From Gemmatimonadota bacterium (GTDB lineage Bacteria > Gemmatimonadota > Gemmatimonadetes > Palauibacterales > KS3-K002): a DNA stretch of 64,000 bases. Position numbers and translations under genes: made by a program. Positions 9,301 to 17,222 of this stretch are shown one piece after another. The stretch is from assembly GCA_039586795.1 (NCBI GenBank), contig JBDHJS010000007.1, forward strand, positions 1 to 64,000. Reading direction: 5' to 3'. Positions within the stretch are counted from its first letter, which is position 1, and the number at the start of each line of letters is the position of its first letter. Under the pieces are notes generated by a model. The model was not told where the DNA came from. It saw nothing but the letters and a program-made list of their open reading frames with translations, and made no database searches.

Positions 9301-9649
9301 CGCGAAAGAACACGCTCTCCCTCATGTGGAAGTCCTATCACTAGCCCACGAAGCGAATCTCGAACTGGTCGACGGCAATATCGAAGCGGCTGAGCGCGCG
9401 TCCGGCGAGGCCACAAAGATGCTCGACGAGCACGGCAGCATCGAAGGCCAAGAAGAGTTCGTCCTCTTCGTACGAGCCCGGGTGCTGCAGGCTTTGGAGC
9501 GCCATGACGAGTCGTCCGAGTTTCTAGGCCGAGCGCGCACGATCGTTTTGAACCGGGCGGGGCGAATCGACGACACCGAGATACAGCAAAGCTTCCTGGA
9601 GCATATCCCCCTCAATCGCCAGATCCTGAGCATGGAGGTGCCGCCATGA
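6335..9649 (+). CDS. Double zinc ribbon + class III adenylate cyclase + AAA/STAND ATPase + TPR protein
   Basis: Four CxxC motifs; IFADLSGFT, DKFIGD, DYTVIGDTVNVASRLQ; Walker A GPAGIGKT, Walker B LLVLEDLHWAD; C-terminal TPR-like repeats; RBS AGGAGG. Confidence 0.92.
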   Translation: MAASDPIRFCSACGVEAPRSAHYCLSCGAPLDTQVGIACPACQTNNPDRARFCLGCGACLASVADADRRIVTVIFADLSGFTQLTEQLDPEEVRETVVSCLNLMSECIIRWGGYVDKFIGDCVMGVFGAPVAYENEEERAVRAALDMQSSLAEWQVESVVKSSALGDYRPQVSIGINSGPVVAGLFAAGGARDYTVIGDTVNVASRLQGLCEPGRILVGPMTSEQTRHLIEYEEEQALDIRGRREPVVARHVIGARAQRGKTRGFGEEQPPMVGRTAELARLTELWKHMSSGLFQSCLIVGPAGIGKTRLVEELVTSQQIDTEDLAGGRSYPYASSAPWEPIAELVCDLYHVPTDLHPSEAATRIAATFGEVWPQEELGALKVLLGSPISDVHELQHHGVGERRDWIASALRRCLISAADRPRLLVLEDLHWADSTTLDFLCTLPELELDAPIMAVMVTRPPLPGESLVGKLIDATTQLIVLQPLDAEQARELVDTVLGPHELPPDLVELIVERAEGNPLFIEETLKSLGENGSIEQVDEKWRAKGDIADIQLPETIESVLTTRIDGLDSSTRQVLQLASIVGRRFWSGVLADALAQRSIDRELVDLQKSAFVRALPYSSVSGNREFMFEHLMLQEVAYEGMLRGMRTELHGAVARWFEEQPASQRGEYDELIAYHRERSEQPASAVPFLERAALAARGRGALLDAASLLERAINLATDPAMRAGVLVVVEEVAAEAGDSERRASAIDELESIAGADSDDRVGAEAAYRRARLLRDEGDLQAALPKAQLALELYTKLDDISYQGDALRLLGRIAHLWGDFPEALRCYRSSLPLERQAGDRQGQAEIFDLLGLAQVDLGHYTTGLDYFEAALDLFSELGNRIMEARVQGHRANALCLLGRYDEAVKSARAGLELASHSGSRPIRAGTQLALANALSARGEAEEAAAVAADARDQATEIGQPRLAARAILLMALNSYGELSKQNTREARALAKEHALPHVEVLSLAHEANLELVDGNIEAAERASGEATKMLDEHGSIEGQEEFVLFVRARVLQALERHDESSEFLGRARTIVLNRAGRIDDTEIQQSFLEHIPLNRQILSMEVPP

Positions 9650-9659
9650 GGAGGACGGG

Positions 9660-10046
9660 ATGACGACGCAAGCGGCATGGCTCCTCGCCGGCCTACTCCT
9701 GGCCCACTGTCTGGGCGACTACTCGCCGCTCGCTACAGGGCGCATGCAACTGGCCAAGGCGAACGGCGGGCCGATGTACCTGATCGCCGGCCACGCCGCG
9801 GTGCATACCATCCTAGTCACCCTCGCGGTCTTCCTGGTCGCCCGCCCGGGCTGGTCCCTGATCTTGATCGCCGCTGGCGTAGAGCTGATCACTCACTTCG
9901 CCCTCGACGCGGGGCGAGCGCACCTCGGTCGCCGATTCCCGGCCCTCAACGATCATCTGGACAACCGTTTCTGGTACGCTCTCGGGGTAGATCAGTTTGG
10001 GCATGGCCTTGTCCTGGTGTGGATCGCGGGATTCGTGCTGCGGTAG
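9660..10046 (+). CDS. DUF3307-like membrane protein
   Basis: LAHCLGDY...HAAVH...THFALD...GVDQFGH motif pattern; RBS GAGGAGG. Confidence 0.8.
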   Translation: MTTQAAWLLAGLLLAHCLGDYSPLATGRMQLAKANGGPMYLIAGHAAVHTILVTLAVFLVARPGWSLILIAAGVELITHFALDAGRAHLGRRFPALNDHLDNRFWYALGVDQFGHGLVLVWIAGFVLR

Positions 10047-10072
10047 AGCCAGCGCGGCTATTCCTGTCATCT

Positions 10073-10088
10073 GGTGACTGATGTCACA
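10073..10088. promoter_or_regulatory. CRP-like box
   Basis: GGTGA-CTGATG-TCACA, 9/10 match to TGTGA-N6-TCACA. Confidence 0.5.
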
Positions 10089-10173
10089 GCCAGCCTTGAA
10101 CCCCGGTCCCCCATAGACCGCCCGGTGGGTTACGAGTCGGCGGGCGAAGTAACTGCAGCTTCTTTCCGATTCA

Positions 10174-10211
10174 GCGCGGGGTAGCTTTCGAAGCTGCCCC
10201 GCGTTTCTTTT
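10174..10211 (+). terminator. Rho-independent terminator
   Basis: GCGCGGGGTAGCTT-TCG-AAGCTGCCCCGCGT followed by TTCTTTT. Confidence 0.8.
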
Positions 10212-10212
10212 G

Positions 10213-11895
10213 TCACTCCTTCACAGCTAGCAGCGTCTGGGCCTGGGAATCATCGACATCGACATCGCATTCGGCGAGATCGATCTCCGGGCCGGTCATG
10301 TGGAGGCTCCACCACTCCACGGCACGCTCCGGCGTCCAACTGGCGTCGGGCATGCAGTCGGCGAGCAGTTGGTCGAGTTGCCCTGCGGTCTGCGGGCGAT
10401 TGGCCGGATCCTTCTCCAAACACTGGAGGATCACACTTTCCAGAGCATCGGGGATCTTCACTTCCGTTCTTTCGGAAGGTGGGGCCGGCTGCTTCTGAAC
10501 ATGTGATACGACAACCGCCAGTGGGCTGTCGCCCTCGAAGACCTTCTGGCCGGTGAGCAACCAGTAGCCGACGCAGCCGAGGCCGTAGATATCGGCTCGA
10601 CCGTCAATCTCGGCCTGACCCATCGCCATCTCCGGCGGCATGAAAGCGGGCGTTCCCGTTGCCACACCGTCGACGGTCAGCTCGGTACCGCCGCTTTCTT
10701 TGGTCCGCGCTGGCTTGACCAGACCGAAGTCGAGAACCTTGACGAAGTCGTACTCGGGGCCGAGACGGCAGGAGTAGATGTTCGCCGGTTTGATGTCGCG
10801 GTGCACGAGCCCGCACGCGTGCGCCTCGCCCAGCGAGTGGCAAACCTTTCTCATGAAGTAGACGGTCCGTTCCGGAGGAACCGGGCCAAAACGACGGACG
10901 AGCTCATCGAAGTTGAGTCCCCTTAACAGCTCCATCACGTAGTAGAACGAACCTTCTTGCGAGATGCCGAAGTCGTACAGCGTTATGGTGTGCACCGAAT
11001 CGAGGGCCGCCGTGGCGCGGGCCTCGCGCTCGAAACGACGGAGCGCCGTTTTCCGGGAACTCGCGTCGCCACCCAAGACCTCCGGTCGAATGAGCTTCAC
11101 TGCCGCCGGCCGCGCCAGCATGCGATGTTTGGCCAGCCAAACCTCGCCCATGCCACCCTCGCCCAAGGGCCTCAGTAACTGATAGCTGCCGACCTCGAGG
11201 GCCTTACCCATGCGAGTACCGAAGTCGTAGATGATTCTGGAGACCACGCTAGCTAGGAGGGCACAGACGTACGTCGAGAACGCGAAGTATCCGACGAAGA
11301 TCCTAAACGGCATCTCGGGGTGGGTCAGTCCCGCCGCTCTGGAGAGCACGATCGTGAGCAAGCCGGTGGACGCCGCGGCGAACGCCGCGACCGTCGTCTT
11401 CCATGGGGTGTTGGGTGCGAGCAACGGGAATATGATGATCCAAATGCACTCCCACGGGATGCCGGCATACTCCTGCATGAAGACGCCATCCCATGTCTGG
11501 AATATCCCCCAGAACTGTGACATCGATATGCCGAACGCACCCACGACCTCGAACACGAGCCCGAAGTCGAGCAATCTCTGCGGATCGATGTGACCGAAGC
11601 GGGACAGGAAGAACACGGCGAGACCCATGGCGATCGACACGGACGCCACGACGGTCTGGACAAGGCGATCCCCTTCCCAGAGGCTATGCTCAGGGATCAC
11701 AGTGCCGATATCGGCGCCAAAAGTGATATGAGCCCCGAAATAGGCGAGAAAGAACGTACCGGCGTAAACGAGCCCCGCCCAACCCAACCGCCGCGAGGCT
11801 TCGTGCAAAAGTTCGAGCGGTATCGCGCTACGCGACGTGGAGACCGACGTGGGTGTCGGCGTCTGGCTCGCCTTCTTTAGTCTCTGGCCCTTCAT
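10213..11895 (-). CDS. Membrane-anchored Hanks-type Ser/Thr protein kinase
   Basis: GEGGMGEV, AVKLI, HRDIKPAN, DFGL and GTPAFMPPE motifs; about 5 N-terminal TM segments. Confidence 0.93.
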   Translation of the reverse strand: MKGQRLKKASQTPTPTSVSTSRSAIPLELLHEASRRLGWAGLVYAGTFFLAYFGAHITFGADIGTVIPEHSLWEGDRLVQTVVASVSIAMGLAVFFLSRFGHIDPQRLLDFGLVFEVVGAFGISMSQFWGIFQTWDGVFMQEYAGIPWECIWIIIFPLLAPNTPWKTTVAAFAAASTGLLTIVLSRAAGLTHPEMPFRIFVGYFAFSTYVCALLASVVSRIIYDFGTRMGKALEVGSYQLLRPLGEGGMGEVWLAKHRMLARPAAVKLIRPEVLGGDASSRKTALRRFEREARATAALDSVHTITLYDFGISQEGSFYYVMELLRGLNFDELVRRFGPVPPERTVYFMRKVCHSLGEAHACGLVHRDIKPANIYSCRLGPEYDFVKVLDFGLVKPARTKESGGTELTVDGVATGTPAFMPPEMAMGQAEIDGRADIYGLGCVGYWLLTGQKVFEGDSPLAVVVSHVQKQPAPPSERTEVKIPDALESVILQCLEKDPANRPQTAGQLDQLLADCMPDASWTPERAVEWWSLHMTGPEIDLAECDVDVDDSQAQTLLAVKE

Positions 11896-11931
11896 AGCTT
11901 CAAAGGCTTCCCGTGCTGATTGGACGCGCGG

Positions 11932-12519
11932 TCAGCGGCCTCCACCCGAGATCATGATGTGGGCCCACGGTTCGCCTGGCGCCATGAGCCAGGGCCCGCC
12001 GCCAGCTGGTCGCGTTGGGAGTCCCGTCGTCTCCGAGGTGGCGTAGGGGACGTAGACCACATAGAGACTACTGGCGCCGGTCACCGTTCCAGTCTGCGGG
12101 TCGAAGGCGGCCGCGGAGCCGGTGAGGGAGTAGAGCGCCGCCGGGGCCTCCGGCATCTTCAACTCCCCGGAGCTTATCGCCGCTTTTCGCATGCGGGCTA
12201 CAGTCGCCCGGTCCGTCGTTCCCTGCGCTCTGATCTCCCTTCCTTTCGCCATGTAGGGATCCAGGGATTCGTGATAACAGGCAACGTGCCAGCGGTCATC
12301 CGAAGGATCGTCAGCAAGGCAGACCATCATGCCGCTGCCCTGGCGAAGAGTGACCAGTTCGCCGCCGCGATAGCCATAAACGGTGGCGCCGGCGCGCATC
12401 GCTTCGGGCAGCGGCGTCACTGCCTCGGCTATCTGTTGTTCCTGGCTCTTGTCCTGCGAAGTTGCCGTGCCGGCGCACGCTACGACGCCGGCCAGCGCAA
12501 GGATCGTTATTCTAGGCAT
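11932..12519 (-). CDS. Secreted hypothetical protein
   Basis: Signal peptide, RBS AGGAG, C-terminal PWLMAPGEPWAHIM; likely co-transcribed with the kinase and tricorn genes. Confidence 0.75.
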   Translation of the reverse strand: MPRITILALAGVVACAGTATSQDKSQEQQIAEAVTPLPEAMRAGATVYGYRGGELVTLRQGSGMMVCLADDPSDDRWHVACYHESLDPYMAKGREIRAQGTTDRATVARMRKAAISSGELKMPEAPAALYSLTGSAAAFDPQTGTVTGASSLYVVYVPYATSETTGLPTRPAGGGPWLMAPGEPWAHIMISGGGR

Positions 12520-12576
12520 GTCAGCTCCTGGTTGGGGACGCCGACAAGATAGGCCCGACGGTCAGTTTACTCCAAA

Positions 12577-15500
12577 TCAATGCCCACCCTCTTCTTGACG
12601 CTCCGGGTAGCGGAACGATTTGTCGGGGAAGACCGGAACCGGTGGCACGGGCCGCGGATCGGATCGTATCAGCTCCTGCAGGTGTTCCACCGCGGCGCGT
12701 AGCTGAGCATCGTCGCCGTTGAAGGTGGCGTGCGGCAGGTTGTCGACCACGATGTCGGGATCGACGCCGTGCCCTTCGATCAGCCACTCGCCTTCCGGTC
12801 CGTAGACACCGAACTCGGCGGCGGTGGCGATTCCCCAGTCGACCAGCACGTTGCTGCTGGTCAGCCAGACTTCGCCGCCCCAGGTGCGGGTACCGATCAG
12901 CTGGCCCAGGTCCAGCCGCCGGAATCCCTCCGCCACCGCTTCACCGTCGGACGCGGTGCGCTCATCGATCAGCATCACCATGTGGCCGCGGAACGCGTAC
13001 TGCATGTTCCAGGTGGGGTCACCCACCCTCGATTGCCAGTAGAACCACGCCGGTCGCATCAGCTTCTCGAGGATCCAGCTGTCGATGTTGCCGCCATTAT
13101 TGTGGCGGACATCGATGATCAGGCCCTGGCGGTCGAACACGGGATAGAAGTGACGATAGAACTCGGCCATGTTGCCGCCGCCCATCGCGCGCAGATGCAG
13201 GTAGCCGATTTGACCATCGCTCATGCTATCCACGGCCAGGCGGCGCGTGTACTCCCACTCGTCGTACCGGAGGTCCCACTCGCGTCCCTGAGAGATCGGC
13301 TCGACGATCAAGTCGCGCTGAGCTCCGCCACTACGTACGCTGAGCCTGACTTGCTCGCCCGCTTGATTGCGCAGTAGAACGCCAATATCGGGAACGAACA
13401 TTACCGACACGCCGTTGACGGCCGTGATGATGTCCCCGTCGTTCACGCCCACGCCGGGCCGCGCCAGCGGTGACAGCTCATCGGGATAGTCGGGGTCGTT
13501 GCGGTAGATATGGTCGATGCGGTAGCCACCCTCCGACTCGTCCCGCGTCAACACGGCGCCGAGCGAGGCAGGTTGTACCTGGTCCTTCCCCTCCCTGTGG
13601 TCGCCGCCGCGAACGAAGATGTGCAGCGCTGACAGCTCCGCCACCATCTGGGCCTGCAGGTCGCTGAGCTCGGAACGGTTGGTGACTCGATCGACCAGCG
13701 GCATGTACTTCTCCAGCATCGCCTCCCAGTCGACGCCATGCATGCCGGGATCGTAGAAGTAGTCGCGCTCGAGGCGCCACGACTCGACGAACATCTGGCG
13801 CCACTCCTCTCGCGGATCCAGTGAGAAATTCCAGTTGGAGAGATCGACTCGGGCGTCGGTCAGTCTTGCGTCTGCACCCGACGAGGCGTTGATGACATGG
13901 AACGCGTCACCTTTCCAGATCATCAACTTCTCCCCGTTTCCGCTCAAGCCATAGCCCCGAACGCCCTCAGCGATCTTTTTCGGTTCAGGATCCTCGTTGT
14001 CGATGTCCAAGGCCATCAGGTCCCAGCTGAACGAACCCGTCTCCCGCTCCCGCCAGAACAACCGCTTCCCGTTTGTCGTCAACCCCGTGTAATTCCCAGC
14101 CGGTACCGGCACTTCGTAAAGCCGTTCTTGGATTCCCCTTGGCTGGATATCAACGTCAGTCTCAGCTTCGTTTTCATTCTCATCATTCTCGTCACCACCT
14201 GCAGCCGCCGCCAACTCATCATCCGGCCTGAACGGGAACCGCAGATCATCCTGAAGGGCGACGGCGTAGATCTTCGTTTCCTTGTCAAAGAACGGCTCCG
14301 GTTGCCGCGCGCCCCATGGGCTCCCGACCAGCGACCGGAATTGTCGGTCCGATAGGAAGTACATCCATTTCCCATCAGCACTCCAGGCCGGTGAGTAGCT
14401 GTTGAAACGGTCGGTGGTGATGGCCGTCATGCTCTCATCTTCAACACTGTAGATATGGATCTGGTTGAAGGCGTTGGGCGCCGGCGTACGGAAGGCAAGC
14501 CAGCGGCTGTCAGGCGACCAGGCCAGGTGGTAGTTCTGGCGTTGCTGCGAAACGACGAGCCGCTTCGAGTCCCGGCTCTCTGTATTGAGTAGCCAGATCT
14601 CCTGGTCCTGATCGTAGTGGGCCAGCCACTTCCCATCGGGTGAGACCGCGCCGCCGAAGCGAAGCACCTTGCCGTCGGTCGTTAGCTGCTCTCTTTCTCC
14701 GATTCCGTTTGCCGGCAACCTCCACCATTCCACCTCGCCGCTCTCGTCCGAGAGGGCCAGCAGCGATTCTCCATCTGGTGCGAACAGCGCTTGCCGATAG
14801 CGAACGTCGGGCGCGCGGGTCACGTGTACAAAACGCCCTTGTTTGACCGGCGCTACAAAAACCTCACCGCGTGCCGTGAGGGCTAAACGGTCACCATCGT
14901 GCGAGATCTCAACGGTCGACAGGTAGTCCATCGGTTCGTCGACCCATTTCTCGCGCATCTGTTCGAAGTCAGATGTAATGGTGATCGGGATCTTGCCGGC
15001 GCGGTCGGCGGCTATGTCGTAGAGCCAGATGTCCGCGCCCACCTGGTAGACGATGCGCCCGTCGCCGAGCGATGCCGTCTTCGCATCCCAACCGCTATGA
15101 TGAGTGTGTTGGCGAAGGTCCCCACCAGCGGGGTCCATCGACCAGATGTTCATCGTGCCGTCGCGATCGCTCTCGAAGTAGACCCGCCCGCTCCACCACA
15201 TCGCCCGACGGCTTGTCCCCGGATAGTCCGGCGTCAGCGGGACTGCCTCGGAGGCGCCACTTTGGAACTTCCAGAGATTCTGAGCCGTGCCTCCCTTGTA
15301 GCGCTTGGTGCGGCTGCCCTGTTCGGCCAGGCGCGTGAAGAAGAGCGTGCCGCTGGCCGGGTCGTACGCGCCGTCCGCAGCCTGGGACAGCGGGAGTATC
15401 GAGCTTTCACGATTGGTAGGATCGACCTCTACCAATTGCCAGTTGGGGAGCGTCGAGAACTTGGAGGTCGTGTAGAGGACCTTCCCGTCGGGTGTCCAGC

Positions 15501-15834
15501 CCACCACCCTGCCAGTGGAGCCGTTGTAGGTGACGCGCGTGGGCAACCCGCCGTCGAGCGGCATCGTATAGACCTCGGTCGGCCCCTCGTACGAGGCCGA
15601 GAAGGCAAGCGTGGTACCGTCGGGCGAAATGGCCGGGTACCCTTCGCTCTCGGCGTGCGTGGTGAGCCGCTGAGCGACGCCGCCAGCGGTGCTCACCTTC
15701 CACAGGTCGCCTTCAGCCGAAAAGACGATGGTTTCGCCGTGAATTGCCGGATACCGGTAGTACCCTTCCACTCCTTGTGCGGAGAGGACCGAGGGCACGA
15801 AGAGAAGAATCGTCATCCAGGCTAGCCAGCGCAT
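12577..15834 (-). CDS. Tricorn-like protease (S41) with PD40 propellers and PDZ domain
   Basis: Signal peptide, YYRYPAIHG, SPDG repeats, DVRHNNGGN, catalytic TASDGE, GTRTWGG. Confidence 0.93.
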   Translation of the reverse strand: MRWLAWMTILLFVPSVLSAQGVEGYYRYPAIHGETIVFSAEGDLWKVSTAGGVAQRLTTHAESEGYPAISPDGTTLAFSASYEGPTEVYTMPLDGGLPTRVTYNGSTGRVVGWTPDGKVLYTTSKFSTLPNWQLVEVDPTNRESSILPLSQAADGAYDPASGTLFFTRLAEQGSRTKRYKGGTAQNLWKFQSGASEAVPLTPDYPGTSRRAMWWSGRVYFESDRDGTMNIWSMDPAGGDLRQHTHHSGWDAKTASLGDGRIVYQVGADIWLYDIAADRAGKIPITITSDFEQMREKWVDEPMDYLSTVEISHDGDRLALTARGEVFVAPVKQGRFVHVTRAPDVRYRQALFAPDGESLLALSDESGEVEWWRLPANGIGEREQLTTDGKVLRFGGAVSPDGKWLAHYDQDQEIWLLNTESRDSKRLVVSQQRQNYHLAWSPDSRWLAFRTPAPNAFNQIHIYSVEDESMTAITTDRFNSYSPAWSADGKWMYFLSDRQFRSLVGSPWGARQPEPFFDKETKIYAVALQDDLRFPFRPDDELAAAAGGDENDENENEAETDVDIQPRGIQERLYEVPVPAGNYTGLTTNGKRLFWRERETGSFSWDLMALDIDNEDPEPKKIAEGVRGYGLSGNGEKLMIWKGDAFHVINASSGADARLTDARVDLSNWNFSLDPREEWRQMFVESWRLERDYFYDPGMHGVDWEAMLEKYMPLVDRVTNRSELSDLQAQMVAELSALHIFVRGGDHREGKDQVQPASLGAVLTRDESEGGYRIDHIYRNDPDYPDELSPLARPGVGVNDGDIITAVNGVSVMFVPDIGVLLRNQAGEQVRLSVRSGGAQRDLIVEPISQGREWDLRYDEWEYTRRLAVDSMSDGQIGYLHLRAMGGGNMAEFYRHFYPVFDRQGLIIDVRHNNGGNIDSWILEKLMRPAWFYWQSRVGDPTWNMQYAFRGHMVMLIDERTASDGEAVAEGFRRLDLGQLIGTRTWGGEVWLTSSNVLVDWGIATAAEFGVYGPEGEWLIEGHGVDPDIVVDNLPHATFNGDDAQLRAAVEHLQELIRSDPRPVPPVPVFPDKSFRYPERQEEGGH

Positions 15835-15956
15835 GATGAGCCCCTCTGTTCTGCGGTCGGGTTCGCAAGGCGAGATCGGTTCCGCCTACTATCGACTATC
15901 GCGTAGAGTTCGGACAGTATGCTGACAGTGGCGAAAGCGAGCAACCACCAGAACCA

Positions 15957-15988
15957 AGAAGGCCCCGCGGTTCTCCGCAGGGCCTTCT
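15957..15988 (-). terminator. Hairpin/terminator after the cytochrome gene
   Basis: Minus strand AGAAGGCCCTGCGG-AGAA-CCGCGGGGCCTTCT; weak U-tract. Confidence 0.55.
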
Positions 15989-16015
15989 GATCAGCATCTG
16001 ATCGTCGGTGATGGA

Positions 16016-17203
16016 TCAGGGCGCTTCACCATTGGGATGGCAAGCCAGGCACAGGTTACTGTTGTAACCGTAGCCGTTGATCTCCTTGTGCTTGTCATCC
16101 ATGTCCGACTGGTTGTGCTTGTGGCAATTGAAGCAAGTGAAGACGGAGAAATCGGTCGGCACCTCGTGACACGTGGCGCAACCACTCCATTCTCCTTGGT
16201 GCTTGCCCGTCGAGATCGGGAAGAAGCTTCCGTCGTGATTGAATGTCGAGCCAGTAAAGGCGTCGATCGTGTGACAGGTCAAACAGGTCGTTGGGTAGCC
16301 GTCGCTACCGTGTTGGTTGTCGTAGTCTGACTGATGGCACGCGATGCAGTCGTTCTCGTCCGCAGGATTGAACAGCACCGTCCAATCATTCGCGTCGTGA
16401 CATGAGGTGCAGGCGATGGTCTGGTGGGCGCCAAGGAGCGAAAAACCACCACTACCGTGCCCGGACGAGGCGCCGGCCCACGAGTCGACGGAATGGCAAC
16501 TTAGACAGGTCGTGGGCGTGGAAGTGCCGCCGTGCTGAGCGTCGTAATCGCCTTGATGACAGGTCACGCAGTCATCCCAGCCCGCGGGGCTGAACTTCGC
16601 ATCTCCAGTGCCCAGGTCGTGGCATGCGCTGCAGGGCGCCAGATCGTGAGCGCCACGCCGATCGAAGCCACCCGAGGCGGATTCGTGACCATCGACGACG
16701 ACACGATGTTCGGCGTCTCGCCATTCGAGATGCATGGAGTGGCATGCTGGACATGAGAGGGTCTGGAAGATCGAAGCGTGGCCGCGGGTATGACAAACAT
16801 CACAGTGATTCTTCAAAACCATGTCGGGGTCCACCCACAGCTCCGCTGCGCCGGTTGCAGCGTTGAGTGACGCTTCGATCATACTGCTGCCCGCGCCGAC
16901 CGTGGTCACCGCACCGTTTTGATCGACCGTGGCCACGTCCTCGTTCGAGGATGCCCAAGTATACTCGGCACCTACGATCTCGGTGCCCCTGGCATCGACA
17001 GCGCTGGCGATGAACTGAACATTCTCGTCCAAAGCAAAGACTGTTTGCGTGTCAGGAGACACGACGACGGCCACAGCGACCGGCGGGGTGTTATCGTCGT
17101 TCGCACCGGTCGATTCTCCGTTGCAGCCGAAAGCTGATATCGATGCGAGCGCGAGCGCTGTTAAGACAGTGAACCGCGTGTTCTTCTTGACCTTCGAACC
17201 CAT
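16016..17203 (-). CDS. Multiheme (11 CxxCH) cytochrome c lipoprotein with Ig-like (Big_2) domain
   Basis: Lipobox AFGC; TWASSNEDVATVDQNG (Big_2); eleven CxxCH motifs counted. Confidence 0.88.
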   Translation of the reverse strand: MGSKVKKNTRFTVLTALALASISAFGCNGESTGANDDNTPPVAVAVVVSPDTQTVFALDENVQFIASAVDARGTEIVGAEYTWASSNEDVATVDQNGAVTTVGAGSSMIEASLNAATGAAELWVDPDMVLKNHCDVCHTRGHASIFQTLSCPACHSMHLEWRDAEHRVVVDGHESASGGFDRRGAHDLAPCSACHDLGTGDAKFSPAGWDDCVTCHQGDYDAQHGGTSTPTTCLSCHSVDSWAGASSGHGSGGFSLLGAHQTIACTSCHDANDWTVLFNPADENDCIACHQSDYDNQHGSDGYPTTCLTCHTIDAFTGSTFNHDGSFFPISTGKHQGEWSGCATCHEVPTDFSVFTCFNCHKHNQSDMDDKHKEINGYGYNSNLCLACHPNGEAP

Positions 17204-17222
17204 GTTCCGCTCCAATTGAGGG

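Noticed and set aside
14899..15825. Long antisense ORFs (also 2813..3865, 17229..18077, 28825..29781, 55603..56580)
   Set aside because: Shadow frames of well-supported genes, expected in high-GC DNA.
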